A stretch of 64,000 nucleotides of DNA from an uncultured Acidobacteriia bacterium (GCA_903876865.1 CAIRBY010000700.1:6-64005); one strand, 5' to 3'. Positions 8,634-18,911 are shown, numbered from the stretch's first letter. Program-made: numbers and translations. Notes: a model not told the origin generated them from the sequence alone.

Positions 8634-10523
8634 TTGGCCGAAGCTGACGCGGTTCTCATCCAGTACAAACGCCGCGAGTTCCTCCGAGTACTCGGTTCCG
8701 GCGCATTGCTGGCGCTACCCTTGCCTGGCGCGGAACGTCCCCTCCGCGTGCGAGCCGGGATGGACGGTATCTTCGAGGCATTTACCGGCAAGATCGAGAT
8801 GGGCCAGGGCGCCCGCACGCTACTCACCCAAGCTGCCGCCGAGGAACTGGGTGTCGGGGTCGAGCGGGTTCGCCTGATCATGGGCGATACCGCCATGGTG
8901 CCCGACGATGGCGGTACCTGGGCTTCGCTCACAACGCCAGAGACAGTGCCCGCCATCCGGCAAGAGGTCGCGTCATTCGCCGGTCACCCCATCACCGATC
9001 CAGCGGCGTGGAAGGTCCTGGGCAAGTCGATCCCGCCGCTGCATGGCCGGGAAGCGGTCACGGGCACCCTACGCTACTGCTCCGATGTGCGCGTCGAAGC
9101 CATGCGACACGGGCGAATCGTACGTCCTGACGCCTACCGGGCCAAACTCGAGAGCTTCGACGCTACCGCCGCGCTCGCGCTCCCCGGCGTGCAGATCGTA
9201 CGCGAAGGCGATCTGCTCGGCGTAGTGGCGCCAGATCCGGAGACGGCCGGCCGCGCCGCGGCTCTGATCCGGGCCAAGTGGCGGGAGGAGCCGCTGCCGG
9301 CGATCGACTCCCTCATCGAGCGCTTTCGGGCGAAGGGGATTGCGCCCGTGGAGGTGAAGGAGACGCGCTACCCGCCACTCATTCGCGGCGGCGACGTGGA
9401 CGCGGGATTGGCGGCGGCAACCCGCACACTGTCCGCATCGTATTGGGCGCCGCCCATCGCACACGTACCCCTGGAACCCCGGGCGGCGGTGGCACAGTGG
9501 CACGACGGCTCCCTGACCATCGACTGCGGAAAATCCGCGCCATTCCTGGTGCGCGCCGAGCTTGCCAAGTCTCTCGGAATCCCGGAGGCGAATGTACGCG
9601 TCCGGACCTCTATGCCCGGCGGTGCGTTCGGGTGCAAGCAACGGAGCGAATGCGAACTCGAAGTGGCGATCCTCGCACGTGGCGGTAAGGCTCCGGTCCG
9701 GCTTGCCTGGACCCGCGAGGACGAATTCCGAATCTCCTACGCTCGCCCGGCCGGCGTGGTCGACATCGAAAGCGGCGTCGATTCCCAGGGACGCCTGATC
9801 GCGTGGCGGTTTCGCAACTATAACGCGGGCGCACCGGGACTGCGCCCGCCTTACGACCTGCGCCATATGTCCAACGAATTCTGGCGCGCCGAGTCGCCGT
9901 TCCGGCAGGGATCCTACAGGGCGCTGGCGGCCACGCTGAACAATTTCGCGCGCGAGTCGCACATCGACGAATGGGCGCACGCGCTGCGCCGTGATCCGCT
10001 CGAGTTCCGGCTGGCCCATATCAGCGATGCGCGCTTGAAGGAAGTGCTCGAAAGAGCCGCCGCGCGTTTCGGCTGGGGAAAACAGAAACCCGGCCGCGGC
10101 GTAGGTTACGGACTCGCCTGCACGATCGAAAAAGGCGCGCGTCTCGCGCTCTTCGTGGAGACGGAGGGTCAAGGAGCCCAACTGCGGCTGCGCCGCTTGG
10201 TGGCCGCCGGCGATTTCGGAGCCGCGCTCAACCCCGCCAACCTCCGCGGCCAAATGGAAGGCGGCCTGATTCAGGGGATCGGCGGCGCCCTCTGGGAACA
10301 ACTGCGCTTCGACAGCCGCACCCAGATCACGCGCAGCCTCGCGCAATACCGCGTGCCGCGCTTCGGCGACGTTCCTGAGATCGAGGTGGAACTGATCGAC
10401 CGCCGGGATCTCGCTGCCGTTGGAGCGGGCGAATCGCCCATCACGCTGCCCGCGCCGGCAATCGCCAATGCATTGTTCGCCGCCACCGGAGAGCGCAAGC
10501 GCTCGCTTCCGCTGGCGACGTGA
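8634..10523 (+). CDS. molybdopterin-binding oxidoreductase, IorB-like (xanthine dehydrogenase family) with Tat-like signal
   Basis: KRREFLRVLGSGALLALPL near the N-terminus. XDH-family blocks: GKIEMGQGARTLLTQAAAEELGV, AGESPITLPAPAIANALFAATG. TTG start taken from the ORF track. Confidence 0.8.
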   Translation: MAEADAVLIQYKRREFLRVLGSGALLALPLPGAERPLRVRAGMDGIFEAFTGKIEMGQGARTLLTQAAAEELGVGVERVRLIMGDTAMVPDDGGTWASLTTPETVPAIRQEVASFAGHPITDPAAWKVLGKSIPPLHGREAVTGTLRYCSDVRVEAMRHGRIVRPDAYRAKLESFDATAALALPGVQIVREGDLLGVVAPDPETAGRAAALIRAKWREEPLPAIDSLIERFRAKGIAPVEVKETRYPPLIRGGDVDAGLAAATRTLSASYWAPPIAHVPLEPRAAVAQWHDGSLTIDCGKSAPFLVRAELAKSLGIPEANVRVRTSMPGGAFGCKQRSECELEVAILARGGKAPVRLAWTREDEFRISYARPAGVVDIESGVDSQGRLIAWRFRNYNAGAPGLRPPYDLRHMSNEFWRAESPFRQGSYRALAATLNNFARESHIDEWAHALRRDPLEFRLAHISDARLKEVLERAAARFGWGKQKPGRGVGYGLACTIEKGARLALFVETEGQGAQLRLRRLVAAGDFGAALNPANLRGQMEGGLIQGIGGALWEQLRFDSRTQITRSLAQYRVPRFGDVPEIEVELIDRRDLAAVGAGESPITLPAPAIANALFAATGERKRSLPLAT

Positions 10524-10535
10524 GCTCCGCATACG

Positions 10536-10658
10536 TTACTTCTCCCGCTGCTTCTGCATCCTGATCCTGGCGCACTTCGGACATTGCCACTTCCGTTGCT
10601 GGTGGTAGATGTGTCCCTTCAGTTCCTTCATCGGGATCTTACACGTTCGACAGGTCAC
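10536..10658 (-). CDS. possible 40-aa zinc-ribbon micro-protein
   Basis: The GTG at 10658 is preceded by GGAG at 5-nt spacing. Product: VTCRTCKIPMKELKGHIYHQQRKWQCPKCARIRMQKQREK (CxxC-N20-CxxC, basic tail). The rest of the 105-aa track ORF looks non-coding. Confidence 0.3.
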   Translation of the reverse strand: MTCRTCKIPMKELKGHIYHQQRKWQCPKCARIRMQKQREK

Positions 10659-11091
10659 GGCTGCTCCGGAAGAGGGGGAAAGTGGGGCTTGATTGCCCGG
10701 AAGCCGACCCATTGGCGGGGACACGGTACGCACTCTACATGAGTGACTAAATTGCCTGCGAAGTCTTCGGCAAACGAAGGCCGTGCCATGTGAGAACGGG
10801 CGCATGGGAGAACGGGTCTGCCTCGATTGCCTGAAGTCATTCCAAGTATCCAAGTTTCAGCCTGCTCAGGCCTGTGTGTAGCCAAAGCCTCGTCGCGCAG
10901 ATTCGGGAAGTGAATTGACGTCACTTCACGCGGAACTTGAACTGGATGAGTCGGAATTTCGGTTGCCGATGCAGTTGGACTCGATTTTACGAACGCGAAG
11001 AGAACATTGCCGGCCCGATTTTCGCGGTCTGAAGCAATCGCAAGTTGCCAACTGGCGTTGCTTGCACAATTACAGACTCGACAGGTTCCTT

Positions 11092-12081
11092 TCATTTCAC
11101 CTGCGGCAGGAATTCGTTCGTCCACGTTTCGGCCAGATTGATCTTCGCACTGCGCACGTTGTCCACGGTCGCATCCAGATAGCGCTTCATCGCTTCCGGC
11201 GCTCCCACCGGCATCTTGCCGTCCGGTGTAAACCCGCCGAGACTCCAGCGGATAATCTCCAGATCTCCCTCCGCATCCTGCGAGCGCGCGGATTCAGGCA
11301 GATGGTCCCGGATCTCTTCCGGAGTGTGAGAGCGAATCCACTGGAGCGCGGCTCCGGCGGCGCGCGCCAACCGCCGTGCAATCTCGGGATTCCGCTCCAG
11401 CCACTCCTGCTTCGCTGCCAGCGCCCCGCTTGCATAGAGATTCCCGCCGAAGGTGTCGCGCATCACTTCGGGCAAGCTGCCGTCCACGAGAATGCGCAAC
11501 GACGGCTCCCGCCGCAACAGGCGGAGGTGGTCTCCTCCCGCCAGAACCGCGGCATCGATTCGCCCACTCTCGACCGCGGCGACTGCCGAAGCAGCAACTC
11601 CAATCGCCACTGTGTTGACCTCCGCCGGACGCACACCACGCGCCGCAAGATAGTAGTTCAGCCACAGATGGCTGGGCGATCCGGGTGACGGAATTCCGAT
11701 CGTCGCACCCTTCAGGTCCTCGATCCGCGCGATCTTGCGGCTGGCGCGCGGAGAGACAACCAGGACGTTGAACGCGCGCTGCATGCCAATGAAGAACGTG
11801 CGCACGTGCTGGCCTTCGGCGGCCAGTTGAATGGTCTGCATGTAAGTAATGCAGCCGACATCGACGCTTCCGCCGATCAGCGCCTGCATCGATTTCGCAG
11901 CGGAGGGAACCGTCTCAATCGTGACGTCGAGCCCCTCCTTTTTGTAGAAGCCCAGCGATTGCGCCAGCGTGTTGGCCAGGTACTGCGGCTGGAGCCCGGG
12001 GCCGACATCGGTAATCCGCACGCGGATGTTTCCAGACTTCGCGCCGCAGCCGGCGAGCAACAGACAAAGCGCCGCAACCAT
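11092..12081 (-). CDS. ABC transporter substrate-binding lipoprotein (NMT1/THI5, nitrate/sulfonate/bicarbonate type)
   Basis: Start re-chosen at MVAALCLLLAGCG (lipobox), 2 nt after the permease stop. The remaining sequence is SsuA/TauA-like. Confidence 0.85.
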   Translation of the reverse strand: MVAALCLLLAGCGAKSGNIRVRITDVGPGLQPQYLANTLAQSLGFYKKEGLDVTIETVPSAAKSMQALIGGSVDVGCITYMQTIQLAAEGQHVRTFFIGMQRAFNVLVVSPRASRKIARIEDLKGATIGIPSPGSPSHLWLNYYLAARGVRPAEVNTVAIGVAASAVAAVESGRIDAAVLAGGDHLRLLRREPSLRILVDGSLPEVMRDTFGGNLYASGALAAKQEWLERNPEIARRLARAAGAALQWIRSHTPEEIRDHLPESARSQDAEGDLEIIRWSLGGFTPDGKMPVGAPEAMKRYLDATVDNVRSAKINLAETWTNEFLPQVK

Positions 12082-12083
12082 CC

Positions 12084-12887
12084 TCACGCCATATCCCCCT
12101 TTACACTGCCGGTATCCCGCACTTTCCATCGCAGCAGGTAGCGCTCCAGGCGATCCACCAGAGTGCCTACGATCAGAACCACGCCCGCCAATACCGCCAT
12201 TCCCGCGAAGACACCGGTGGTGTCGAACACGCCTTCCGCTTGCGAAATCATATAGCCCACACCACGCGACGCTCCCAGATACTCTCCCACTACCACGGCG
12301 ATGATGGCGAAACCAATGCTGATGTGAAGGCTGGAAAAAATCCAACTGAGCGCACTCGGGATCAGCACGTGGCGGATCAACTGCCGTTCGCTAGCCCCCA
12401 ACATCCGCGCGTTATTCACGATGACCGGGTCCACTTCACAGACCCCCTGATAGGTATTGAAGAAGACGATGAAGAAGACCACCGTCACGCCGAGCGCGAC
12501 CTTGGACCAGATGCCCAAGCCGAACCAGAGCAGGAAGATCGGGGCCAGCACCACGCGTGGCAACGCATTGGCGACGCGGATAAAAGGATCCAGCAGCGCA
12601 GCCAGGAAGCGATTCCGCGCCAACACAAAACCGAGGACCACTCCGCCGATCACACCGATGAGGAACGAGATGGCAGCCTCGAGCAGCGTGGTGACCAGAT
12701 GGCCCCAGATCGAGCCCGTCGCGATCATCCGCCACACACGCACGATCACGTCGCTCGGACGGCTGAAAAAGAACTTGTCCAGCACGCCGCTTCGCGATCC
12801 TACTTCCCACCCGAGCAGCAGTGCCGCACCCAGCAGCACCTGCCACGCAAGCATAGGGACGCCATTACTGCGGTTGGCTGCGCGCAT
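12084..12887 (-). CDS. ABC transporter permease (SsuC/TauC-like)
   Basis: Multi-TM protein carrying the BPD_transp_1-type region. An alternative start lies at 12854. Confidence 0.85.
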   Translation of the reverse strand: MRAANRSNGVPMLAWQVLLGAALLLGWEVGSRSGVLDKFFFSRPSDVIVRVWRMIATGSIWGHLVTTLLEAAISFLIGVIGGVVLGFVLARNRFLAALLDPFIRVANALPRVVLAPIFLLWFGLGIWSKVALGVTVVFFIVFFNTYQGVCEVDPVIVNNARMLGASERQLIRHVLIPSALSWIFSSLHISIGFAIIAVVVGEYLGASRGVGYMISQAEGVFDTTGVFAGMAVLAGVVLIVGTLVDRLERYLLRWKVRDTGSVKGDMA

Positions 12888-13758
12888 AACTCTTCAGCAC
12901 CTCCTCCCGCAAATCGCTCCAGATGGATCTGTAGATTTCGACGAAGCGAGGGTCGGTCTTGAGGTCGATGAGATTTCTGGGCCGCTCCAGTCCCACCTGG
13001 TAAACACCCACCACATGGCTCGCCGGACCAGCCGACAGCACCACCACTTCATCGGAAAGCGCGATGGCTTCTTCCAGGTCGTGGGTAACGAAAATAACGG
13101 TCTTGCCGGTTTCAGCCCAAAGCGTGAGGATCTCGCCTTCCATTCTCATACGGGTGTGAACATCCAGCGCACCGAAGGGTTCGTCCATCAAAACGATGTC
13201 GGGATCCACGATCCAGGTTTGCGCCATGGCGACGCGCTTGCGCATGCCTCCGCTCAGTTGATGGGGATAGTGCGCGGCGAAGCCATCCAGTCCGACGCGG
13301 TGAATCCAAGCCTGCGCGGATCGTCCAGCCTGTTTCGGTTCCCCGCCGCGCAATTGAAGCCCGAGCAGAATATTGTCCAGTACGGTCTTCCAGGGTAACA
13401 ACGCATCCTGTTGGAACATGTATCCGGCTTTGCGGTTAATCCCGCGGAGCGGCTCGCCAAATATCTCGACCGTGCCTTCCGCCGGCTGCATCAGGCCCGC
13501 CGCCATATTCAGCAGCGTGGACTTCCCGCAACCGCTTGGCCCGACCACGGAGAGAAAGCCGCCGGCGCGCACTTCGAGCGAGACTCCTCGCACCGCTGTG
13601 TAGCCTGGAAAATCCTTAGAAACCCCGCTGAATCGCACCGCCGCGCTCGGCGCGGAAGCAATCACGCGCGCACCACGGACTTCTGGGTGCGGCGAGGCGC
13701 GAATTCGCACGGGAGCGGTCCAGGTATGCCGAGGTGGACCCGCCAAATCCGGATGCAT
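12865..13758 (-). CDS. ABC transporter ATP-binding protein (SsuB/TauB-like)
   Basis: Walker A GPSGCGKST, signature LSGGMRKR, Walker B IVLMDEPF. The true start is probably downstream of 13758. Confidence 0.85.
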   Translation of the reverse strand: MHPDLAGPPRHTWTAPVRIRASPHPEVRGARVIASAPSAAVRFSGVSKDFPGYTAVRGVSLEVRAGGFLSVVGPSGCGKSTLLNMAAGLMQPAEGTVEIFGEPLRGINRKAGYMFQQDALLPWKTVLDNILLGLQLRGGEPKQAGRSAQAWIHRVGLDGFAAHYPHQLSGGMRKRVAMAQTWIVDPDIVLMDEPFGALDVHTRMRMEGEILTLWAETGKTVIFVTHDLEEAIALSDEVVVLSAGPASHVVGVYQVGLERPRNLIDLKTDPRFVEIYRSIWSDLREEVLKSYARSQPQ

Positions 13759-13993
13759 TTATCGATCATACGCGCCTCCAATAGACCTCAGGCTTCCCAG
13801 TTTCTCACGATCCGCGAGAGTGCACCAACAACTTATCGAGGCGGGCGCCATAAGCTCCGGAATCGCCTGAGATTTTGACCGGGCAGGCCGTGAATTTTCC
13901 GGCCGCTTGTAGGACGATAGGGTAACACTCCATCTTGCCGGTCTTCCGGAGGTATGCAGTAACTAACTTATCCATTCACCCAGAGGGAAGAAA

Positions 13994-14995
13994 ATGAAAT
14001 TATTCAACGCCGCTCCCGTTTTATGTTGTCTGGCCCTGCCGCTCATCGCGCAGACGGCAAAGCCAGCGCCGCTCAAACTCGTCCAGTCGATTGCCCTTCC
14101 TGGTGTGGACGGACGCATGGACCACATGTCCGTGGATGCGAAGGGCCAGCGTTTGTTCGCTTCGGGGCTGGCCAACGGTACCGTCGAGGTCGTGGACCTG
14201 AAAGCGGGCAAGCGGGTTCACACCATCAACGGAGTGAAGGAGCCGGAAGGAATTCTCTATGTCCCGGACATGAACGTGATCTTCGTGGCCGACGGGGAAG
14301 GCGGCGCCGTCCATGCCTTCGATGGCCAGTCTTACAAATTGCTGCACAGCGCCGCGCCGCTCCCCCACGCCGATAACCTTCGCTACGACGTCGAGGCCCA
14401 GCGCGTCTACGCCGGATTTGGCGATGGGCCCGAAGGTGGAATTGGCATCATCGACGCCAAGGAGGGATCGCTCATAGGCGTCATCAACCTCGAGGCTCAT
14501 CCGGAATCTTTCCAGATCGATAAACCGGGCGGGCGAAGAATGTACGTGAATGTTCCCGCCGCCGGGCACATCGCGGTGGTGGATACGGGCAAGCGGAAAG
14601 TGATTGCGAAATGGCCGGTTTCCACGGTCAAGAGCTTCTATCCGATGGCGCTGGACATCGCCAGCCAACGCCTGTTTATCGGCAGCCGCCGGCCTGCGAA
14701 ACTCGCGGTGTTCGACATCAACTCCGGCCAGATGGTGGCCAGTCCGGATGGAGCGGTGGACACCGACGATCTCTTTTATGACGCCTCCCGCAAGCGCGTC
14801 TATATGTCCGGTGGAGACGGCTTCGTGAGCGTGTTCGGGCAGCAGGACGCGGATCGCTACGAGCTTCTGGCCAAGGTCCCCACCGGCCCCGGAGCCAGAA
14901 TCGCGCTGCTCGTCCCGGAGCTGAATCGGTTCTATGTGGCGGTGCCCCGGATGGGCAAACAGGATGCAACGATTCTGGTCTTTGACATCCAATAG
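13994..14995 (+). CDS. secreted YncE/YVTN-type beta-propeller repeat protein
   Basis: Signal peptide MKLFNAAPVLCCLALPLIAQT. Repeated ...RLF(V)A...G.V.V.D... blades. Confidence 0.7.
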   Translation: MKLFNAAPVLCCLALPLIAQTAKPAPLKLVQSIALPGVDGRMDHMSVDAKGQRLFASGLANGTVEVVDLKAGKRVHTINGVKEPEGILYVPDMNVIFVADGEGGAVHAFDGQSYKLLHSAAPLPHADNLRYDVEAQRVYAGFGDGPEGGIGIIDAKEGSLIGVINLEAHPESFQIDKPGGRRMYVNVPAAGHIAVVDTGKRKVIAKWPVSTVKSFYPMALDIASQRLFIGSRRPAKLAVFDINSGQMVASPDGAVDTDDLFYDASRKRVYMSGGDGFVSVFGQQDADRYELLAKVPTGPGARIALLVPELNRFYVAVPRMGKQDATILVFDIQ

Positions 14996-15017
14996 CCCCG
15001 GCGAATTTCCACGCTGC

Positions 15018-16034
15018 CTAAGAAAGTTCGCGGAAGAGAGGCACGTTTCGCAGGAAGAGTCCGGCGCCAAGCAATGCGAGTGCCGCGAGGGCGAAGGACG
15101 AATACGCCGGCACGTCCCTCAGCTCTTCGGTAGTTGTGAAGCGCGCCTTTTCGAGCTTGTTGATCTCCTGGTACGCCTGATTCAGTTGGGTGGCGTCGCG
15201 GGCGTCATAGTATCTTCCCCCCGTGCGTTTCACTCCATCGAGTAATTTGGTCGCCTCGATAAATCCCTGGTTTTGGACCGTGGTTTGGGTTTCGACTTCG
15301 ACGCCGATGAAGTAAGTGCGGATGCCGTTCTGGCGGACGGTCTCCAGCGCAAGATCCACGGGACGGCCGGTATTGTTGTCTCCGTCGGTTAGCAGCACAA
15401 TGACGTTGCCGCGACGCTCGCCGCCGGGAGTCGATTCGCGCATCAGCATATCGTTGGCCTGAAGCAGCCCTTCGCCGATCGCGGTCATGCCTTCGTCCGC
15501 CAGGGTATGGTCGTTGATGAGTTGCACATAGTTCGCCACATATTTGGAATCGAGCGTCAGGGGTGTGACGACGTAAGCGTTGTTCGAGAACACGACGACT
15601 CCGATACGGTCCCCTTTCCGATGTCCGATGAAATCGATAATCGCGGACTTCACCGCTTCCAGTCGCGTCTCCTGATGTCCTTTCGGAGACCTCCGCCCGC
15701 CGGTCACCGGCATTTCCATGCTGGAGGATAGATCGACCACCAGCACCAGGTTCAATCCCTGGTTCTTCACCGTCTGGTGCACGACAGGGATTACCGGATC
15801 AAGCAAAGCCAGACACAGGCAGAGCCCTCCGGCAAATTCGAGAGTGCGTGGAAGATAGATGCGCAGCGGCGGAGGTCCGATGCGCTGCCCAAGATACGCA
15901 AGCAGGGAATGGCCGTAATGCGCTTTCCGGCGAAAGAGAGAAATGAGCCAGACCGCGGCCAGCGCCGCGGCGAGGTACGCCCCATTCATCCAACTGAAGT
16001 GAATCCCGTTGAAGCCGATCCCCGTGAAGCGCAT
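15018..16034 (-). CDS. VWA domain protein (BatA-like)
   Basis: N-terminal TM segment followed by a VWA MIDAS motif, LVVDLSSSM. Last gene of the MoxR operon. Confidence 0.85.
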   Translation of the reverse strand: MRFTGIGFNGIHFSWMNGAYLAAALAAVWLISLFRRKAHYGHSLLAYLGQRIGPPPLRIYLPRTLEFAGGLCLCLALLDPVIPVVHQTVKNQGLNLVLVVDLSSSMEMPVTGGRRSPKGHQETRLEAVKSAIIDFIGHRKGDRIGVVVFSNNAYVVTPLTLDSKYVANYVQLINDHTLADEGMTAIGEGLLQANDMLMRESTPGGERRGNVIVLLTDGDNNTGRPVDLALETVRQNGIRTYFIGVEVETQTTVQNQGFIEATKLLDGVKRTGGRYYDARDATQLNQAYQEINKLEKARFTTTEELRDVPAYSSFALAALALLGAGLFLRNVPLFRELS

Positions 16035-16041
16035 GGCCGGT

Positions 16042-16974
16042 TTACGTCTTTCCGGTAAGTTCGGCGAACTTATTGAGGAAGTCGGGATGCAAGCGGCGTC
16101 CCTGTTCCATGCCGTCCGGGGCGTAGCGGATCTGGTCGCACTGCGTCAACAGCTCGCTGATCACGGTGGCGTGATGTTCCTGATCTCCGGCGGCGAGCAG
16201 CGCCTGCTTGAGTTCCTCCGGCGTCAGACCGGCGCCGTCACCTAGCTTTTCGGCTGCCAGGCCACGCAGAATCTCAGTGGCTTTATCGTAGAAACTCGCC
16301 AATTCCAACGGCGTAGCCGCGGGAGTGCGATGAATCTCTTCCATCGATTGCTGCAACGACTTCTTGCGGCTGCGCTCGGCCATCTTTCGTTCCCACACCC
16401 CCAGGCGGACCTGAGCCAGAGCGAAGCGTCCCCCGAGCATCGCAATCGCGGCCAAGCCAAACAGGCCGAGAGCGCCCGGAATCATCCACGACATGCGGTC
16501 GATGGGCAGTGGAGGCCGTTGATCGCGGATGCCGCTCGAAGCATCGACAACGGTACTGCGGACGCCCACGGCGAAGGCCGGCACGGTCACGGCATCGGCC
16601 GGCGCCTCGTCCTTTTCCGGACCGCGAGCCTGCTTGAAGTAGAACAACGTGATCGGCGGAATGGAGACATCTGCGGCGGTGGTATAGGTGGCCAGTTGCA
16701 AACGGAGTTCCAGGAATTTCCTGCCCTGCGGCATTATCCCGGAATCGGTGGTGGCGGCGAGAACCTCGAATGGCGTGAGATCGAGTTCTTCCTTTTTCAG
16801 GTGGTCCTTGACGAATTCCAATTGGGGCTGGTATTCCACCCGGACCACATAGTCAAACCTGTCACCCACCCAGACCGCGGTGCGACTGGTGCGAGCCGTG
16901 ACCGTGAACGGGGTTCCGGGATCTGCTGCTACCGCCAGAGTCCCAGCGAAGAGTATGCCAATCAGCAACTTCAT
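16042..16974 (-). CDS. BatD-like oxygen-tolerance protein
   Basis: Start re-chosen at MKLLIGILFAGTLAVA (signal peptide). It overlaps the upstream stop as ATGA at 16971-16974. Central TM segment and cytoplasmic tail. Confidence 0.65.
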   Translation of the reverse strand: MKLLIGILFAGTLAVAADPGTPFTVTARTSRTAVWVGDRFDYVVRVEYQPQLEFVKDHLKKEELDLTPFEVLAATTDSGIMPQGRKFLELRLQLATYTTAADVSIPPITLFYFKQARGPEKDEAPADAVTVPAFAVGVRSTVVDASSGIRDQRPPLPIDRMSWMIPGALGLFGLAAIAMLGGRFALAQVRLGVWERKMAERSRKKSLQQSMEEIHRTPAATPLELASFYDKATEILRGLAAEKLGDGAGLTPEELKQALLAAGDQEHHATVISELLTQCDQIRYAPDGMEQGRRLHPDFLNKFAELTGKT

Positions 16975-17861
16975 GCGCGTTTCCTTTTGCGTGCCACGAA
17001 AAACGCGAGAATGCGCTTCAAGTGATCTTCTCCCGTACGCAAGGTGATGGGATCGAGATTGAGCTTGAACAAATGCGCGCGAATTCCGGCGCGGCGTTCT
17101 GCCAGCAGGTTCCGATACTGGCGGCAGCGGGCGGCGGAGAGCGCCAGCACCATTTCGTGACCCTCGGCCTCGGCATCGCGCAGCCGCAGAAATCCATCGG
17201 TTTCGGGCAGGGCCTCTTCCCAGGCGTCTTCCAGAATGACAGGCACAAAATCCGCTTTGTGGGCCAGCGTCTTGAGGTACCGCGAGGTCCACAGCGCATC
17301 GGCGCCGATAAAATCCGAGATGCAGAAAATCATGGCGATGCGCTTGAGCCCGCCGGCGAGTTGCTCCAGTGCCGGTTCAAAACTGGTGCCGCGGTTGGCG
17401 GGCTTGAGATTCCACAAAGCGTCCAGCAGGCGCCAGATCTGCGGCTTGCCTTTCTTGGGCGGAAGGTAACACTCCACGCGGTCCGTGAAGGCGAGCAGGC
17501 CAACGTTGATATTGTCGCTGACCGCCGAGAAGGCGAGCACCGCGGCGACCTCGATCAGCAGATCGCGCTTGGTCTGACCGGTGCTGGTGAAGAGCATCGA
17601 CCGCGAGAGATCCACCATTATGACGGCGCTGAGTTCCTTCTCCTCAAGTTCGCGCTTCACGAACGGCATCTGCATCCGGGCAGTGACATTCCAATCGATC
17701 TGCCGGTAATCGTCTCCCTGCTGGTAGGGCTTGTGCTGGTCGAATTCGAAACTGCGCCCCCGGATGCGGCTGAGGTAATCGCCGGTGCGGTGTGCGCGAA
17801 CGGCGCGCAGGGTCGAAATCTCCACGTAGCGCAGCCGGTTGATGAGGGCTTGAGGTAGCAT
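16971..17861 (-). CDS. DUF58 domain protein (MoxR partner)
   Basis: GDYLSRIRGRSFEFDQHKPYQQGDDYRQIDWNVTAR is a typical DUF58 block. A VWA-like VMVDLSRSM follows. Confidence 0.85.
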   Translation of the reverse strand: MLPQALINRLRYVEISTLRAVRAHRTGDYLSRIRGRSFEFDQHKPYQQGDDYRQIDWNVTARMQMPFVKRELEEKELSAVIMVDLSRSMLFTSTGQTKRDLLIEVAAVLAFSAVSDNINVGLLAFTDRVECYLPPKKGKPQIWRLLDALWNLKPANRGTSFEPALEQLAGGLKRIAMIFCISDFIGADALWTSRYLKTLAHKADFVPVILEDAWEEALPETDGFLRLRDAEAEGHEMVLALSAARCRQYRNLLAERRAGIRAHLFKLNLDPITLRTGEDHLKRILAFFVARKRKRA

Positions 17862-18880
17862 CAGGGCACCGGCACCTTGCGCAGGAGTTCGGAGAGGATT
17901 TCGTCGGCGGAAATGTCTTCCGCTTCGGCCCGCACGGTGCGGATGAGGCGGTGGCGCATGGCGTCGAAGGCGATCGCTTTCACATCGCCGGGCAGTACGT
18001 AGTCGTGTCCCGCGAGGAATGCGGTGCTGCGGACCACGGCGAGCAGATGCTGCGCGGAGCGCGGCGAGGCTCCATTCTGGACCATCTCGTTGACGATGGG
18101 AATCGCCTGCTGTGGCCCGGGACGCGTGGCGCGAACAATCCGGATGATGTACTCGCGAATTTTCGGGTCGACGTAGATCTTCGAAACCAATTCGCGAAGC
18201 TGTAGGACGGTCTGGGGAACGATAATGCGCTGAATCGTGGTCTCGGTCAGGCGCCGCCGCAGCATTTCCAACTCATCGTGATGCGAGGGATAATCCACGT
18301 GGATCTTCAGCGCGAAGCGATCGACCTGAGCCTCAGGCAACGGGTAGACGCCCTCCTGTTCGACCGGGTTCTGCGTGGCCAGCACCCAGAACGGCTCGTC
18401 CAGATGGAAGGTCTGTTCGCCGATGGTGACCTGGCGTTCCTGCATGGCTTCCAGCAGCGCGGACTGCGTCTTCTGGGTAGCGCGATTGATCTCATCGGCG
18501 AGAATCACATTGGCGAAAATCGGTCCCTTTTCGGTGCGAAACGTAGAGGCCGAACTCTCGTAGATCCGTGTGCCGATGATGTCGGCCGGGAGCATATCCG
18601 GCGTAAACTGGATGCGCTGGAAGCGCGCGTCGATGGTAGCGGCGAGAGTGGAGATGGTGAGCGTCTTGGCGAGTCCCGGCACCCCTTCGAGCAGGATGTG
18701 GCCGTACCCGGAACGTTCCTCCTGGCCACGACGGAAGCTATAGGGAATCACCGCCAGCAAGCCGATCAGCAGGCGGCGGACCAGCCATTGCTGGCCCACG
18801 ATGACCTTGTTGATCTCAGCCTCGACCTGGGAGACTACCCGGTCTGCCTCAAGGCGGTCCATCATCGCATTTTCCGCCAT
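17861..18880 (-). CDS. MoxR family AAA+ ATPase
   Basis: Walker A GVPGLAKT, Walker B ILADEINRA, and a MoxR-type C-terminal lid. Confidence 0.92.
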   Translation of the reverse strand: MAENAMMDRLEADRVVSQVEAEINKVIVGQQWLVRRLLIGLLAVIPYSFRRGQEERSGYGHILLEGVPGLAKTLTISTLAATIDARFQRIQFTPDMLPADIIGTRIYESSASTFRTEKGPIFANVILADEINRATQKTQSALLEAMQERQVTIGEQTFHLDEPFWVLATQNPVEQEGVYPLPEAQVDRFALKIHVDYPSHHDELEMLRRRLTETTIQRIIVPQTVLQLRELVSKIYVDPKIREYIIRIVRATRPGPQQAIPIVNEMVQNGASPRSAQHLLAVVRSTAFLAGHDYVLPGDVKAIAFDAMRHRLIRTVRAEAEDISADEILSELLRKVPVP

Positions 18881-18911
18881 GGGCTCCCGTGTGTTCTCAT
18901 CTGTTTTGAAG

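Noticed and set aside
13860-13935. Possible TPP riboswitch (CTGAGA ... GCTTGTAGGA) near the NMT1/THI5-type ABC operon.
   Set aside because: The elements lie on the plus strand, upstream of the beta-propeller gene, not the ABC operon. The ACCTGA/pyrimidine-sensor helix and conserved spacing are missing, so only a loose resemblance remains.
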